Of a DNA stretch of 64,000 nt, positions 25,425 through 39,059 are shown piece after piece. The notes beneath the pieces were generated by a model. It saw only the letters and a list, made by a program, of their open reading frames with translations. It was not told the origin of the DNA and made no database searches. A program made the translations under genes and the position numbers. The stretch is from the NCBI RefSeq assembly GCF_001194135.2, contig NC_068994.1, positions 8,568,465 through 8,632,464 on the forward strand, written 5' to 3'. Each line of letters begins with the position of its first letter. Position 1 is the stretch's first letter. The DNA comes from Octopus bimaculoides (taxonomy: Eukaryota).

Positions 25425-25580
25425 ATATCCCACGCTTGACAACTGGTGTTGGTTTGTTAGCATCCCTCAACCTAGCGGTTCAGCAACAGATGAATTTGAA
25501 TAAGTATCAGGCTTGCATAGTAAGAACTGGGATCGATTTCTTGGATTACATTATTCAAGGCGGTACCCAAATAGCAAACG
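25425..25580 (+). mobile_element. Degenerate SINE family C 3' half
   Basis: cgcttgacaactgg...ctagcggttcagcaa...gaataagta..aggctt...ttcaaggcggt. Confidence 0.55.
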
Positions 25581-25980
25581 GTAGGATTATATGCGACCGA
25601 ATGTCACTAGAGTATGGCATAGCATTTCAAGGCTTATTTGCTTCGAATGTCTGCGCTTAAAACCCGCCGAACTTGAAGCTTCTTATAGAAGAACAAATAC
25701 CAAAGGGCAGATACTCATGTGGCACGAGAAATATTCTATAATTCAGTTGGTCTCGTCTGCTACTTTAGGAACTCCGAAAAAAGAAAACCCAGCACAAATA
25801 ACAACAACAATAAAAGATGCAACATCCCACCAGGAAGAACCTAATAGCGACCGCGGAAGAAAGCAAAATCACAGAGCTGTGAAATTGGAAAAAATATTGT
25901 AATGCCTTCTATTCAATGATGCATCTGTTAGTGAGTTAACGTCCATGCAAGATATAAGAGAATATCAAATACAAGACAAA

Positions 25981-26369
25981 GTTGTTGGCACTCAGTCGCT
26001 TACGACGACGAGGGTTCCAGTTGATCCGATCAACGGAACAGCCTGATCGTGAAATTAACGTGCAAGTGGCTGAGCACTCCACAGACACGTGTACCCTTAA
26101 CGTAGTTCTCGGGGAAATTCAGCGTGACACAGAGTGTGACAAGGCTGGCTCTTTGAATTACAGACAGGCACAACAGAAACAGGAAGTAAGAGTGAGAGAA
26201 AGTTGTAGTGAAAGAGTACAGCAGGATTCGCCACCATCCCCTGCCGGAACCTCGTGGAGCTTTAGGCGTTTCGCTCAATAAACACTCACGACGCCCGGTC
26301 TGGGAATCGAAACCGCGATCCTACAACCGCGAGTCCGCTGCCCTAACCACTGGGCCATTGCGCCTCCAT
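25981..26369 (-). mobile_element. Full-length SINE family B with target-site duplication
   Basis: 11-bp duplication tacaagacaaa at 25970-25980 and 26370-26380. The tail is (CAA)n. Confidence 0.92.
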
Positions 26370-26929
26370 TACAAGACAAAATATGAAGTAAATAAAGAAA
26401 AGATGGCTAAGGCTTCTCCATACATACACACATATGTACAGTGTACAAAAGAAGAAAAAATATATAATATATACAAGGCAAAATCGTAGAAAATGTCACA
26501 CAATGCATATGTTGAACGACATTTTCGAGGTTTTTACCATGTACTCTACTTTTGATATTGGCCATAAGCCGCCACTCGGAATTCCCAAACCTAATCGGTA
26601 TTCATTGGGCGTTCAACAATTGGCTCACTCAGAATTGTAGAATGCTTCACAGCGAGAATTACATGATAAACATTCATTATTATATACGTCTTTAATTAGT
26701 TAAGATGATTAAAGAAAAGTGCATTTGACTTTGCAGAAGTAAAGGAGATATACGAACGAAGAAGATGGTATCTTTGGAATATTGCAAAGCAACGTAGTGA
26801 TTAAAACACTTAACCAAGTCGTGTAGTCGTTCGTTGAACAGAAACCCAGGCCAGATTTGTAGTGCATCTCGTAAACTTGGTGATACCTTACAAATAGTGA
26901 ATTTGAGATATAGATTGCTTAAAATGTTA

Positions 26930-27234
26930 TGTTGGCACTCCGTCGCTTATGACGCCGAGGGTTACAGTTGATCCGATCAACGGAACAGCCTGCTCGTGAA
27001 ATTAACGTGCACGTGGCTGAGCATTCCACAGACACGTGTACCCTTAACGTAGTTCTCGGGAATATTCAGCGTAACACGGTGTGACAAGGCTGACCCTTTG
27101 AATTACAGGCACAACAGAAACAGGAAGTAAGAGTGAGAGAAAGTTTTAGTGAAAAGAGTACAGCAGGGTTCGCCACCATCCCCTGCCGGAGCCTCGTGGA
27201 GCTTTAGGTGTTTTCGCTCAATAAACACTCACAA
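26930..27234 (-). mobile_element. SINE family B truncated by an assembly gap
   Basis: Highly similar to 25981-26290. The head falls in the N-run 27235-27503. Confidence 0.9.
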
Positions 27235-27984
27235 NNNNNNNNNNNNNNNNNNNNNNNNNNNNNNNNNNNNNNNNNNNNNNNNNNNNNNNNNNNNNNNNNN
27301 NNNNNNNNNNNNNNNNNNNNNNNNNNNNNNNNNNNNNNNNNNNNNNNNNNNNNNNNNNNNNNNNNNNNNNNNNNNNNNNNNNNNNNNNNNNNNNNNNNNN
27401 NNNNNNNNNNNNNNNNNNNNNNNNNNNNNNNNNNNNNNNNNNNNNNNNNNNNNNNNNNNNNNNNNNNNNNNNNNNNNNNNNNNNNNNNNNNNNNNNNNNN
27501 NNNAAAGTAAAGTTGTAAGATACCGCACGAGGTCATGGTGCTCCAGCATGGCCGCAGTCAAATGACAAACAAGTAAAAGAGTAAAAGAGCATGTGGAATG
27601 GAGTACAATTTATGTTTGGTATAAGTGAAAAGGACAAAACAAATGAATCGTCAAAGAATTGAACTCGCCACGGCAGAGATTGTGACTCAAATTTCTTGAG
27701 AGCTTAACGATGTCTGCGACTCCTGTTCTGTTAGCTTGCAATTGTCCAACATGAACCACGACCACGACTGCCGCCGCCACCACCACCACCACCACCATCA
27801 AACCGTCATTAATACTACAAACGTTGCCATGATTTCTACTACAAATACTAGTAATACTACTATCACTACTACAAATAGAATGACAACCAAGTTCACCGTT
27901 CCCAACGTCACCAGCACCAGCATAAATACTATTGCTGTTAACTAATTTCATATCTGAACTGTCTTTGGAAATTGCTAACATCGT

Positions 27985-28810
27985 GTTCGTTTAAAAATAC
28001 ATACGTTTGTCTGTTAAAGGATAAGCACTTTTCCACTTGAGCAAAGAAAGAGACGCTAGCAAAAGAGGTGAAAGGAACAAAAGATCGTTTATTGATTGAA
28101 AGATATTTGATGAGAAATTGAACATGGCGATTGACGAGTACATGCATGGCTTCGATTGATTTCCGGAAAGAATATGATTTGTTAGCACACAACTGGATTA
28201 TCGAAGCCCTCAAGATGTTTGATATTGCCAACAGTTTGAATTAACTGATGTTATCAAGTGGACCATGGTGGAAAAGTAATTTGTATGCAAGTGGCAAATA
28301 TCCTGAAAGTATTCCAAGGGGAATCTATTTCCCGACTCTTTCCATTATTGTCGTAATTCCACTATTAATGGCCGTATAAGAGACTGGAATTGAAAGCCAG
28401 CTTCAGGTGCTGAGTTCAGCAACATTTTGTTTGCGTACAATCTTAAGCACATTGATAACGACGGAAAAGAAATTAACTTTATCGTTTTGGCTCTCAATTT
28501 CTGTTAGAAAGAAAACACAAAGAAACAAACGAAAACAAAAGATATATAAAATCTGGCGTTTACAAATGCACTTGGAAATGTTCTATTCTATGTTAATAAT
28601 GATTTCTCACGTTAGAAATAATTTTGTTAATAATAAAAAGTGATAGACGGATAGACGTGTTAATTGTCAAGGAATAGAACTAGAATCAGGAGACAAAATT
28701 GCTTATGGCTGACGTCAAGTAGATAAGTATAATAAATAACTTGAACTTGTAGATTTAAATCGAGTATTGCAAGCGAAGATAAAGCGTAGAGTGATAGTGG
28801 TGCTGGCAAA
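27985..28810 (+). pseudogene. Second decayed R4/Dong-like RT fragment
   Basis: Manual translation gives KGTKDRLLIE, CMASIDFRKEYDLLAHNWIIEALKMFDIA and CQGIELESGDKI. These match the GTKDQLLIDK, WIDYxKAYDxVPHxWI and GIELPxG motifs. Confidence 0.75.
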
Positions 28811-29129
28811 GAATTTTTATATAGAACAGAGAGAACAAATGCAAGATTTGAAAATTTGAAATGAGAAGTTGTTGCTAAGACAACCGTTAAATGTTTGAAT
28901 TTATTTCATTTACACATCCATCTTTAATTGTTCGAAAAGATAACTTGTACAATATTGAGATGTCACATATACTAACATTATGCCAATGCTGTGGGAATGT
29001 TTTTTATATATTTACCACCTTTATATAGTTCACCTTTATATAGTTCTACATACATACATGCATACATACATTCATACATATGTATGTATATTATGTAGTA
29101 TTGGCATGATTCAGCTCTTTGCAGCTTAA

Positions 29130-30086
29130 AGTCCCGAGGCCTCAGAAAACGAGCAGTGGTTAATTAAGAGCTAGCTTTCGGAAACTGTTGCATTAAATGG
29201 GGATTTCAAACACAAGATGATGCTCTGGGTTTGGTGGAATTATGGAGGGGTAGTTCTCAGGATAGTTCCGGAAGCTGTAGCCTCACATGGGCCTTTCAAA
29301 TGCAAGAGGATGCTCTGAGCTCGGTATAATTATGAAGGGATATTTCACACGCCAGCTTCCGGAAACTGTCGCTTGACATAAACGTTTCGAACACAAGATG
29401 GTGCTGTGAGTTTGGTGGAATCATAAAGGGATAATTCACCAGGAGTTCGTTCCTGGGGGTTGAACTATCGGTGCCGACAAGTACTCCCAACAGCTGGAGA
29501 AAATGTAAGCCACTGTGCAGCAAAAATCCTTGGCATTTGTTAAGAGCAAGCTCGTCTGCAGTAAGACAACTCATAACACTCGAACGACCTGGAATAGACT
29601 TCAAATTCCACACCCAGCCTATTTACCGGACGTAGCTCCCACGGATGATAATTTGTTCTGAATTAAGGTGGTGAACTGGCAGAATCGATAGCACGCTGGA
29701 CGAAATGCTTAGCGGAATTTCGTCGGTCGCTGCGTTCAAGATCCACTGAGGTTGACATCGCCTTTTATTCTTTCGTGGGCGATTAAATAACTACCAGTTA
29801 CGCACAGGGATCGATGTAATCGACTATAGTAGAAAGGATTATTACTTGTCCTAATCCGTGACTCACTTCCCGTGCTCGCAACATCTCAACCTAAATGAGG
29901 TGGAGAGGTTCTACGTCTCCAGAGACGAGAACCCGTGTCAGCGTGGGCTCAAAGAAAAGGCAGGAAGGTGGCTTCAGATGATTGAACACGATGGCCCCTA
30001 CTTTGAATGCCTAAATTGCTTTTGTGGTAAATTGATGACTAAGAAAATACGTTACCGAAATACATCAAACCTTTTGAGTCAATACG

Positions 30087-30090
<4 letters not shown>
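29130..30090 (+). pseudogene. Decayed mariner-family transposase interrupted by a SINE
   Basis: HKMVL*VWWNHKGIIHQEFVPGG*TI...YSQQLEKM...IPHPAYLPDVAPTDDNLF (the HPxYSPDLAPxD motif). After the SINE it continues RFYVSRDENPCQRGLKEKAGRWLQMIEHDGPYFE. Confidence 0.85.
29667..29826 (+). mobile_element. SINE family A nested in the mariner relic
   Basis: ggtggtgaactggcagaatcgatagcacg...taccagttacgcacagggatcgatgtaatcgact lies between two collinear transposase segments. Confidence 0.8.
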
Positions 30091-30174
<84 letters not shown>

Positions 30175-30191
30175 GAGAGAGAGAAAGAGAG
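30089..30191. repeat. (GA)n microsatellite
   Basis: About 100 bp of near-perfect GA repeat. Confidence 0.95.
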
Positions 30192-30495
30192 AAGCACAAA
30201 CACGAATGTACTCATATATACACATGTATATATTCATATACACCTGTCATATGATCAACTAGGCAAGATTTCCCGGAAGCTAAGATATTTGTCCAATCGT
30301 CTCATTAGTACGGAATTATCTACGATGACAAAATCAACCTGATTCACCTTTCAGTTACACTGACACACGCACACATACATACGTACATACACGACACACA
30401 CATACACACATATACACACATACATATATATACATATCTATCTATAGCTGTATGTAAATATATATATATAAATATACTGTATATATACCCAGACA

Positions 30496-30568
<73 letters not shown>

Positions 30569-30643
30569 AGAGAGAGAGATGATCATACTTTAGATATACT
30601 TCAAATATACCTATATTTTATACCTTTATTATCATAGCCCATT

Positions 30644-30682
<39 letters not shown>

Positions 30683-31415
30683 CATATACACACATATATA
30701 TATATCTGTCTATAGCTGTATGTGTATATCGATATATGTGTATGTCAAACTAATACACCTGCTTGTTGTTTATACATCTGTCTTTGTCTTATGTTTTTCT
30801 ATAAGTTTCAACTATATATATATAGATATATTCATACCTCTGATATACTACACACATACCTACATTTTATATATATTATATACAATGTACAATAGACTTA
30901 AATTAAGATACATGAATCTGCCCTGACAAAGCTGACTGTTCGATTTTACATTTCCCACCGATTATTATAATATCGATGGGATTGTTAAATATTAAAACTC
31001 GTAATATCCATGCATATTTCTGTCGGTTCTGAAATATCTGACCCTATTACTGTAACGAGGTTAGCTATGAAAGTATTCCAACTTCTATTAGCGATAGCTT
31101 GTAGCTTGCGGAAAATGATGATTAATGTATGTCTGTATTTCCTGATTCGGTGTTTCGATATTATCTATATGTGTCTATATCTATATGTCTATATCTATGT
31201 ATGCATATATGTATCCATGTATGCATGCTGCTTTCCACGAATGATTGTATTCATGGATGTATATGTGTCTATCCCTGAGAATATCTGAGTATACATTTTT
31301 CTGTATTATTGCCTATATATATGTGTGTGTTTGTGTGCGTGCATGTAAGTGAGTAAGTATTTACATTCACACACACACACACAGACATATACATATATAT
31401 GTACATATACATACA

Positions 31416-31456
<41 letters not shown>

Positions 31457-31772
31457 GCATATACATGAATATACGTGAACATCTATATACTTTAGTATTT
31501 TCATACTCATTCACACAGGCACATACATGCGTACGCATATACACAAGCACGTACATAAACACACACGCGCACTCACACACACACACACACACACTCACGC
31601 ACAAACAGATAAATGCATTAACTTCGTATGTGAATTATAGTTGATTCAATATGATGTATCATTCATCGCCACGAAGTTTATTAATTATCAAAAATAGCAG
31701 TGTGGACTGTAATCTCAATGTTTCGACTTGCTCGCTATCATCAGATTATCTGATAGTAACCTATAAGCTGAA

Positions 31773-31839
<67 letters not shown>

Positions 31840-31872
31840 CGACAGGCTTCTTTAAGTTTNNNNNNNNNNATA

Positions 31873-32038
31873 TACGACAGGCTTCTTTAAGTTTCCGTCT
31901 ACCAAATCCACTCACAAGGCTTTGGTCGACCCGAGGATAGAGTAGAAGACACTTGCCCAAGGTGCCACGCAGTGGGAATGAACCCGGAGCCATGTGGTTG
32001 GTAGGCAAGCTACTTACCACACAGCCACTCCTGCGCCT
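31873..32038 (-). mobile_element. SINE family C 5' half
   Basis: Near-exact reverse complement of 11965-12126. Confidence 0.9.
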
Positions 32039-32295
32039 ATAGATACAGGTACACAGTATATATATATATACATACAGACACGGAGATATGCATAACCCCA
32101 CTCACATATATACATTAAACAGCCGTCAGTTTGTCACCTTTTAAATTTACGCCAACGAACAGCTGAAAATTACTTAAGATCTGATGGATTTTATAGAAAA
32201 ATGAATTCTGTGTGATGAAGCAGAAATTTCCGCATATCCCGGATTTCCTATTTCGAAATCACAAGAAAATTAGGAAATATATTAGAAATATATTA

Positions 32296-32415
32296 AAACA
32301 AGAGCACTCAAAGAGCGAAAGCCTCCGCCAAGGCAACACTAACGTCCTCTCAACGATTAGCCGGATATGACTTAAAATGAGAATATCTAAAACATACTGG
32401 AGACTATTAAAACGA
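32296..32415 (+). mobile_element. 5' end of family E element (Crypton-like by recall)
   Basis: Inverted copy at 18061-18182. Contains the cctccgccaaggc motif. Confidence 0.7.
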
Positions 32416-32875
32416 CCCCGCCCGTCCTCTTTCCAGAACTTGCACTATAACACCCTCAAGGGTTTCAGACCTCACTTCTCTGATTTTTCTATTGATGTTC
32501 TACTTCATTTGCACCAGGGTCTCCGGAAGGAAAAAATCTGGGCTATTCAAGTCTGGGGAACATGAAGGCCATTCGACATTGCCGCAGCGGTAGTTTATTC
32601 TCTCCCCAAAATAGTGCCGTAGGAACGGCACTGTGTGCCCTGCGGTATGAGCAGCTGCCTCATTTTGCTGGAACCCCGTGTGAGGTTTATTTTGGATGTC
32701 TTCTTTTGAACGGATTATTTACGCTTCGCCAAATCATATTACTATATAATCGTTGTGAAACTCTAATTTTCTACACCAAAACTATTGGCTTGGATCCCTA
32801 CAGTGTTGATAGCCCAGTATTAGGGTTAAGTGGTTTTCTGGAAATACCCGCCAAATTCACACCCAATAGACTCTA

Positions 32876-32965
32876 GTTTCTGTCTGTCTCTGTTTCACTT
32901 GTTGACTCTTGTCAAGGACCTCGAACCCACAAGAGTCAGCAAGTGAAACAGAGTTAGACAGAAAC
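32876..32965 (+). ncRNA. Near-perfect 37-bp stem-loop (pri-miRNA-like or foldback remnant)
   Basis: Arms 32876-32912 and 32929-32965 give 34 Watson-Crick pairs, 2 G:U and 1 U:U on the + strand, with a 16-nt loop. The hairpin itself is certain; its function is not. Confidence 0.4.
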
Positions 32966-33573
32966 AAGAAAAATACCTGTTATTTGAATACTATACAAAT
33001 ATGTCTTTAAAAATACTTTTCTTTTAATTTTACCAAAATTTAATTTTTCAAAAATTTATTATTCATATTTACTGTTGAAAAGATCTCAAGGATCGAAACC
33101 GGTTCTGTAATGTTCTTTATAAAAGTATTTTAGCATTTTCTACTTTGTCTTTTTTCCATATATATATATGTATATATGAACGAATAAGTCAGTTATTTTA
33201 CTGCCGTTGTCAAGCTCTCAATTCTACTGTCAGTTAATATATTTTGAAATCTGATGATTACTACGAACGTATGAAAGCGCCAATTGAACTTTATGAAAGC
33301 GCTAATTGAACTTTACGAAGACGAAAAAATATATTTTTTTAATGTGTAACATACTTCAACATTGTAAAAAAAATTGTTTTTGAATACAATAATAAATGAC
33401 GTGAAAACCAGAACACGTAATTTTCTTCAACTGACGTATTATTCTATACACATTTAAACCAATTCAGAAATATATATATATATATATATATATATTTAGA
33501 GAGAAAGACAGATGAATGTTTACCTTCATATACACATATACTAACATACAAATAAATATATATGGATGATGTC

Positions 33574-33605
<32 letters not shown>

Positions 33606-34338
33606 ATACATATATACATATATCTATCTATCATCTATCGATCCTCTATCTCTCTCTATATATATATGATATATACATATAAAAACGTTTGTCCTTTAGA
33701 ACGAATGATTCAAAATCTTTTGTGCATAACACAATAGATATAAATTGAAATATATTACATTGACCCAAATTTGCGAAGTTGTCCGCGTTTTCAAATTTCC
33801 AACAGATAATTACGATATCAATACTGATATTTTAAAATTCAAAATGCCCAACATTTCCACGTATTTATGACTTTTCTGATATACCTGACAATAACACTAG
33901 ATTATGCTTACTTCCGTCAACTTCTAACCTTATATTAGACTTAACAAGTCTGTGTGTGAAATGATAATTAATATATTTCTGAATTGCCTGAACAAACTTC
34001 TGATAGTACAGAAAACGTGCAAACGTACACATTCACATACACACAGAGACAAACACACATCACATACACACACGGAGATACAGAGACATACATACATCTA
34101 CACACAGCGTTCACAAACGTATGTATGTATGTATGTATGCATGCATACGCTGGTTAATAATTTCGGCTACAACCTCCTCATGTATTATATTTGCAATCTC
34201 TCGTCTCAGCAACCGTTACTCCTCTCTCTACCACCATTCATACACCCCCACACAGACGTTCGTAGGTACCTTTATCAATGTCTACTTGTCTCTGTTTTTC
34301 CCCGTCTCGAAGTATATATGCGTAAGAAACATAAGTGT

Positions 34339-34565
34339 TATTTCTTTACTACCCACAACAGGCTACACACAGAGGGGACAAACAAGGACAGACAAACGGA
34401 TTAAGTCGGTTATATCTTCCCCAGCGCGTAACTGGTACTTATTTAATCGACCCCGAAAGGATGAAAGGCAAAGTCGACCTCGGCGGAATTTGAACTCAGA
34501 ACGTAAAGACAGACGAAATACTGCTAAGCATTTCGCCCGGCGTGCTAACGTTTCTGCCAGCTCGC
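34339..34565 (-). mobile_element. Full-length SINE family A
   Basis: Very close to 43095-43325 and 63130-63357. A degraded copy follows at about 34625-34790. Confidence 0.92.
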
Positions 34566-36546
34566 AGTTTTACCAACGCTCTATCGATTCTGCCAACACG
34601 CTGATGTACTAATGGGTTTCAAACTGTGGCACAAGGCCCGCAAGGTTCTCGATTACATCGACCTCAGAGCTCAGCTAGCATTTATTTCATCGACCCCAGC
34701 GCTCAGCTGGTACTTATTTCACGTATTCTGAAAGATGACCTCGGATGAGTTCCTGGATCCTAAAGACTGACGAAATTCCGCTATGCTTTTTACGCTGACC
34801 TACTTATTGATATCTTCAGATACATCCTCGCTCTCCCCACCTATATCTATTTTTTTATTTTCCCGACATTGCTTCGATGTTTAATGAATTTAATTTATTA
34901 TACTGGTGCTCCATTTTCTCTTTTGTTAATCAAGTATTTATGTATCACATAAGAAAGAACCTATTGATGAAAAACAAAGAGGATTAACAAGATAAATAAA
35001 AGGCGAGAAAAAGAAAATGAACAATAAACAACGACAAGAAGACTAAGAAATGGGAGAAAAGAAGAGTAGAGAAGAAGAAAAGTCTGAGAATAGTTGTAGA
35101 AGAAGAAAAGATGAATGGAATAAAATTATTAAGAAATTGTGTTAGAAATTGGTTAATGTTGTTTATAAATTTCTGACAAATCGAATTTGTTCTTTATGAA
35201 AGAATTCGATTTTTGATATGAATTGTTTTACGAGAGGTAACTTAACGGAACGGGGTGATTGGGCGCGGCTGTTTGCACGCTGATGATTCGGCACGAATGA
35301 CTGGATGTACAATCTGTTTTAGTGACGGTACGTCTTGGCGGTGACCGAACACACAAATAGAAGTTGAAGATATGCTTTATTTACAACCGTTTAACTGGTT
35401 TCACACGAGATTGCTGGGGGCTATCCAGTATTTCAGTACCTATACAGTGTTTAGTGCTTAATACGGATGGATTTTAAAGTAGTTATTTTCCGGAAACAAA
35501 CTGCCACAGAACAATTCCGTTACAAACAGGATGTGTATTATAATGTATTTCCTTACATGAGTTTTATTGCAATTTATACCAAAATCATGTGAAACAGGAT
35601 TCAGCATTGGTCTCCTCTCTCTTTATACGAACATCCGAAATACAAACAATATTATCAGAGAAAGAAGTGTTCCGTTTCTCTTACCAATCAACACTAAATC
35701 CAATAGAGATAGAAAGGTATGTAGACTTATGGGAAACAATACAAGATCGTCATACTTGAAATAGGATATCTCATAGAAATTATTAACTTTTACGTATAAA
35801 AAATGAGGTAACCTGCCTGAAATTAACAAAAGCCTTATCGCAAAACGACCACATGGAAAGATATAAACTCCACATGAAAGAGGCGGAGGCAGTCTTACAG
35901 AGAATAAACCAGTTCTCAAACAGTGAATATACTACCGAACACATAACGCAAACACACGTAAAGAATTGAAGCATATCGTAAAGAAAACACTGAAAAGAAA
36001 ACACTGAAAAGCAAAAACAAAAAAAACAACATCCAAATGATATGAAAGGGCATCGTATTTCTAATGTAAATATTCAACTAACTAGAAAGCGTCTCTATTT
36101 CACCAAATGATAAAGAGAAAAAAACATTAGCACCAAAGCAGGCCGACCCCGTGTTACAATAGAGAACTTAACTGAAACAATGCAAAAATAGAAGGGAACA
36201 TAACGTTGCTAAAATAAAAATGATTCTGTGCTTTTAGTGTGTTTTTGGAAGTATGAATGTTTTATGACATATTAGTGTGTGGATGAACGATGGATTTTCA
36301 GTATGAAATTGCGCGCATGTGTATTTGTATGTGCGAGTGTGTGAATGTGTGCATGTATGTACGCGCGCGTGTCTGTATCTACTTCTGTGAGTATGTGCGG
36401 ACTAATGGGTCTGGAATTCTTTAGGTTTATGTAATACTAATAGGTGGGAAAGCGTGGTGATATTCATCGGATTTCTGCAGTTCGTCAAGTTTTATGTATG
36501 TATGTACGTATGCATGTTTATATATAGGTATGCATGTGTATGTATG

Positions 36547-36582
<36 letters not shown>

Positions 36583-37261
36583 AACACATATATACATATA
36601 TACATATGCATGTTCTTGTGTGTGTATAATGCTTTTCTATCTATCTCNNNNNNNNNNGTCAAGTTTTATGTATGTATGTACGTATGCATGTTTATATATA
36701 GGTATGCATGTGTATGTATGTAAATATATATATATATATATGTACACTTGTGTTTCTGTACGCGGGTATATGTGTTTGGCCAAGCTCATGTTACACCTGA
36801 GGAAGCAGTTCCATGAAAAGTTAATAAAGGTAACAGGACTTGGCAATAAAACCTGTTCGCAGCAACAAATAGCTGAATCTATTCAATAGAAGAGATACTA
36901 CGAGAATTATCGATGTAGTATCAGATAAGGCTTCTAATGTAATCAGAATTTTCTCAGTTAAGAGAAACTAAAGGAAAAAATAAAATAAAAGTAACATGGA
37001 GAGAAATATACAACATAGAATTCAGCAAGTCATTGGACAGCTGCCAAATTGAGGCGCAGCCTTGAAGGATTTAGTAAAAAATAAAAAATGAAAATAAAAA
37101 AAAAACGATACACCGCAGTACTTATTCTTTGAAGCTGGTACTTAATCTAACGCATTCTTCTGCCGAAGCGCTAGTCCACAGGACGGAAACAAAACAATAC
37201 CGGTTGCTAAGTGGTGGTTGCGAACAAACACAAAAGGCACATACTCGTAGATGCACATTCA

Positions 37262-37292
<31 letters not shown>

Positions 37293-38838
37293 CTGTGTGT
37301 GTGTGTACGTGTATACATATACAAACAACTACCTGACGCGTTTCTTTTCGTTGTTTCTGTCTAACAAAACCACTTAAAAGTCATTTTATCTATAGTAAGA
37401 GACATTTGCTCTAGGTCCCTCGCAGTAGGACTGAACTCGGAATTATGTGGGTACCACATAGTCACACCTGCGTTCAGAATGTTGAATTTATCTTAATTTA
37501 TTTGTCTGAAGTTATGTCAAGATGGTGATTCCAAAGGAGAATGGCNNNNNNNNNNNNNNNNNNNNNNNNNNNNNNNNNNNNNNNNNNNNNNNNNNNNNNN
37601 NNNNNNNNNNNNNNNNNNNNNNNNNNNNNNNNNNNNNNNNNNNNNNNNNNNNNNNNNNNNNNNNNNNNNNNNNNNNNNNNNNNNNNNNNNNNNNNNNNNN
37701 NNNNNNNNNNNNNNNNNNNNNNNNNNNNNNNNNNNNNNNNNNNNNNNNNNNNNNNNNNNNNNNNNNNNNNNNNNNNNNNNNNNNNNNNNNNNNNNNNNNN
37801 NNNNNNNNNNNNNNNNNNNNNNNNNNNNNNNNNNNNNNNNNNNNNNNNNNNNNNNNNNNNNNNNNNNNNNNNNNNNNNNNNNNNNNNNNNNNNNNNNNNN
37901 NNNNNNNNNNNNNNNNNNNNNNNNNNNNNNNNNNNNNNNNNNNNNNNNNNNNNNNNNNNNNNNNNNNNNNNNNNNNNNNNNNNNNNNNNNNNNNNNNNNN
38001 NNNNNNNNNNNNNNNNNNNNNNNNNNNNNNNNNNNNNNNNNNNNNNNNNNNNNNNNNNNNNNNNNNNNNNNNNNNNNNNNNNNNNNNNNNNNNNNNNNNN
38101 NNNNNNNNNNNNNNNNNNNNNNNNNNNNNNNNNNNNNNNNNNNNNNNNNNNNNNNNNNNNNNNNNNNNNNNNNNNNNNNNNNNNNNNNNNNNNNNNNNNN
38201 NNNNNNNNNNNNNNNNNNNNNNNNNNNNNNNNTTAATTTATTTGTCTGAAGTTATGTCAAGATGGTGATTCCAAAGGAGAATGGCACGACGATTAATGGC
38301 AAGGAACTTTAAGAATTTTGTAATGAGTAGAAAAGTAATGAAACACATTCTTTATACTTTCTTAACTTTCAGATCCGCTTCAGCTAATTGCATTTAACTG
38401 CATATAACTCAGCGTAACGTATAGTATAATATTTATCGCAAACGGTGAAATAGTGTCACTTTTCTTCCAAATCTTGTATTTCTTATAGTATTTTTCTTTC
38501 CCCAAAGTCTATTGAGTTTCTAAGGAAACCTTCCTTCTCTGGACATAAATTTTTGTCCGGAAGAATTGCACTTGTGTGCCCGAAAATACGGCGACATAAT
38601 CTAGGATAGATTGTATTCCCTATGATATTTGACTACCAAAGGTACAGAGGTTTTAATTGTTAACTATAGACACCGAAAGCAAAGGACAGGAAGCAGAGGT
38701 AAACTTTTGTCGGAGAATTTTGCGACTCATCTGTGGAAATTATAATATAGCAAATAGTTACAACTCTCTTGCTGGAAAGCACTGATGTAGGCCAGAAGGT
38801 TTCAGGTACTGCTTCCCTATTTCGTTTGTTATTCACAG

Positions 38839-38894
38839 CATCTTTACTAGAGTTGCTCTGCTAGCTAAGAGCAACCATCAGTTGCTATTAGTTG
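38839..38894 (+). CDS. Candidate 56-nt exon
   Basis: Acceptor ctattttcgtttgttattcacAG and donor TTG|gtatga. A single frame is open (IFTRVALLAKSNHQLLLV). No homology recognised. Confidence 0.18.
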
Positions 38895-39009
38895 GTATGA
38901 ATGTAGAGTAATGAAGCTTTGAAATTGATTAAGTGGACACACAAAAAACAAACACGCATATAAGTAAAAATATATATATTACACGGGGTATAATAATAAT
39001 AATAATAAT

Positions 39010-39059
<50 letters not shown>

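Noticed and set aside
37493-38285. Identical 53-bp direct repeat flanking a 687-N gap
   Set aside because: An exact duplication abutting both gap edges is typical of an unmerged contig overlap.
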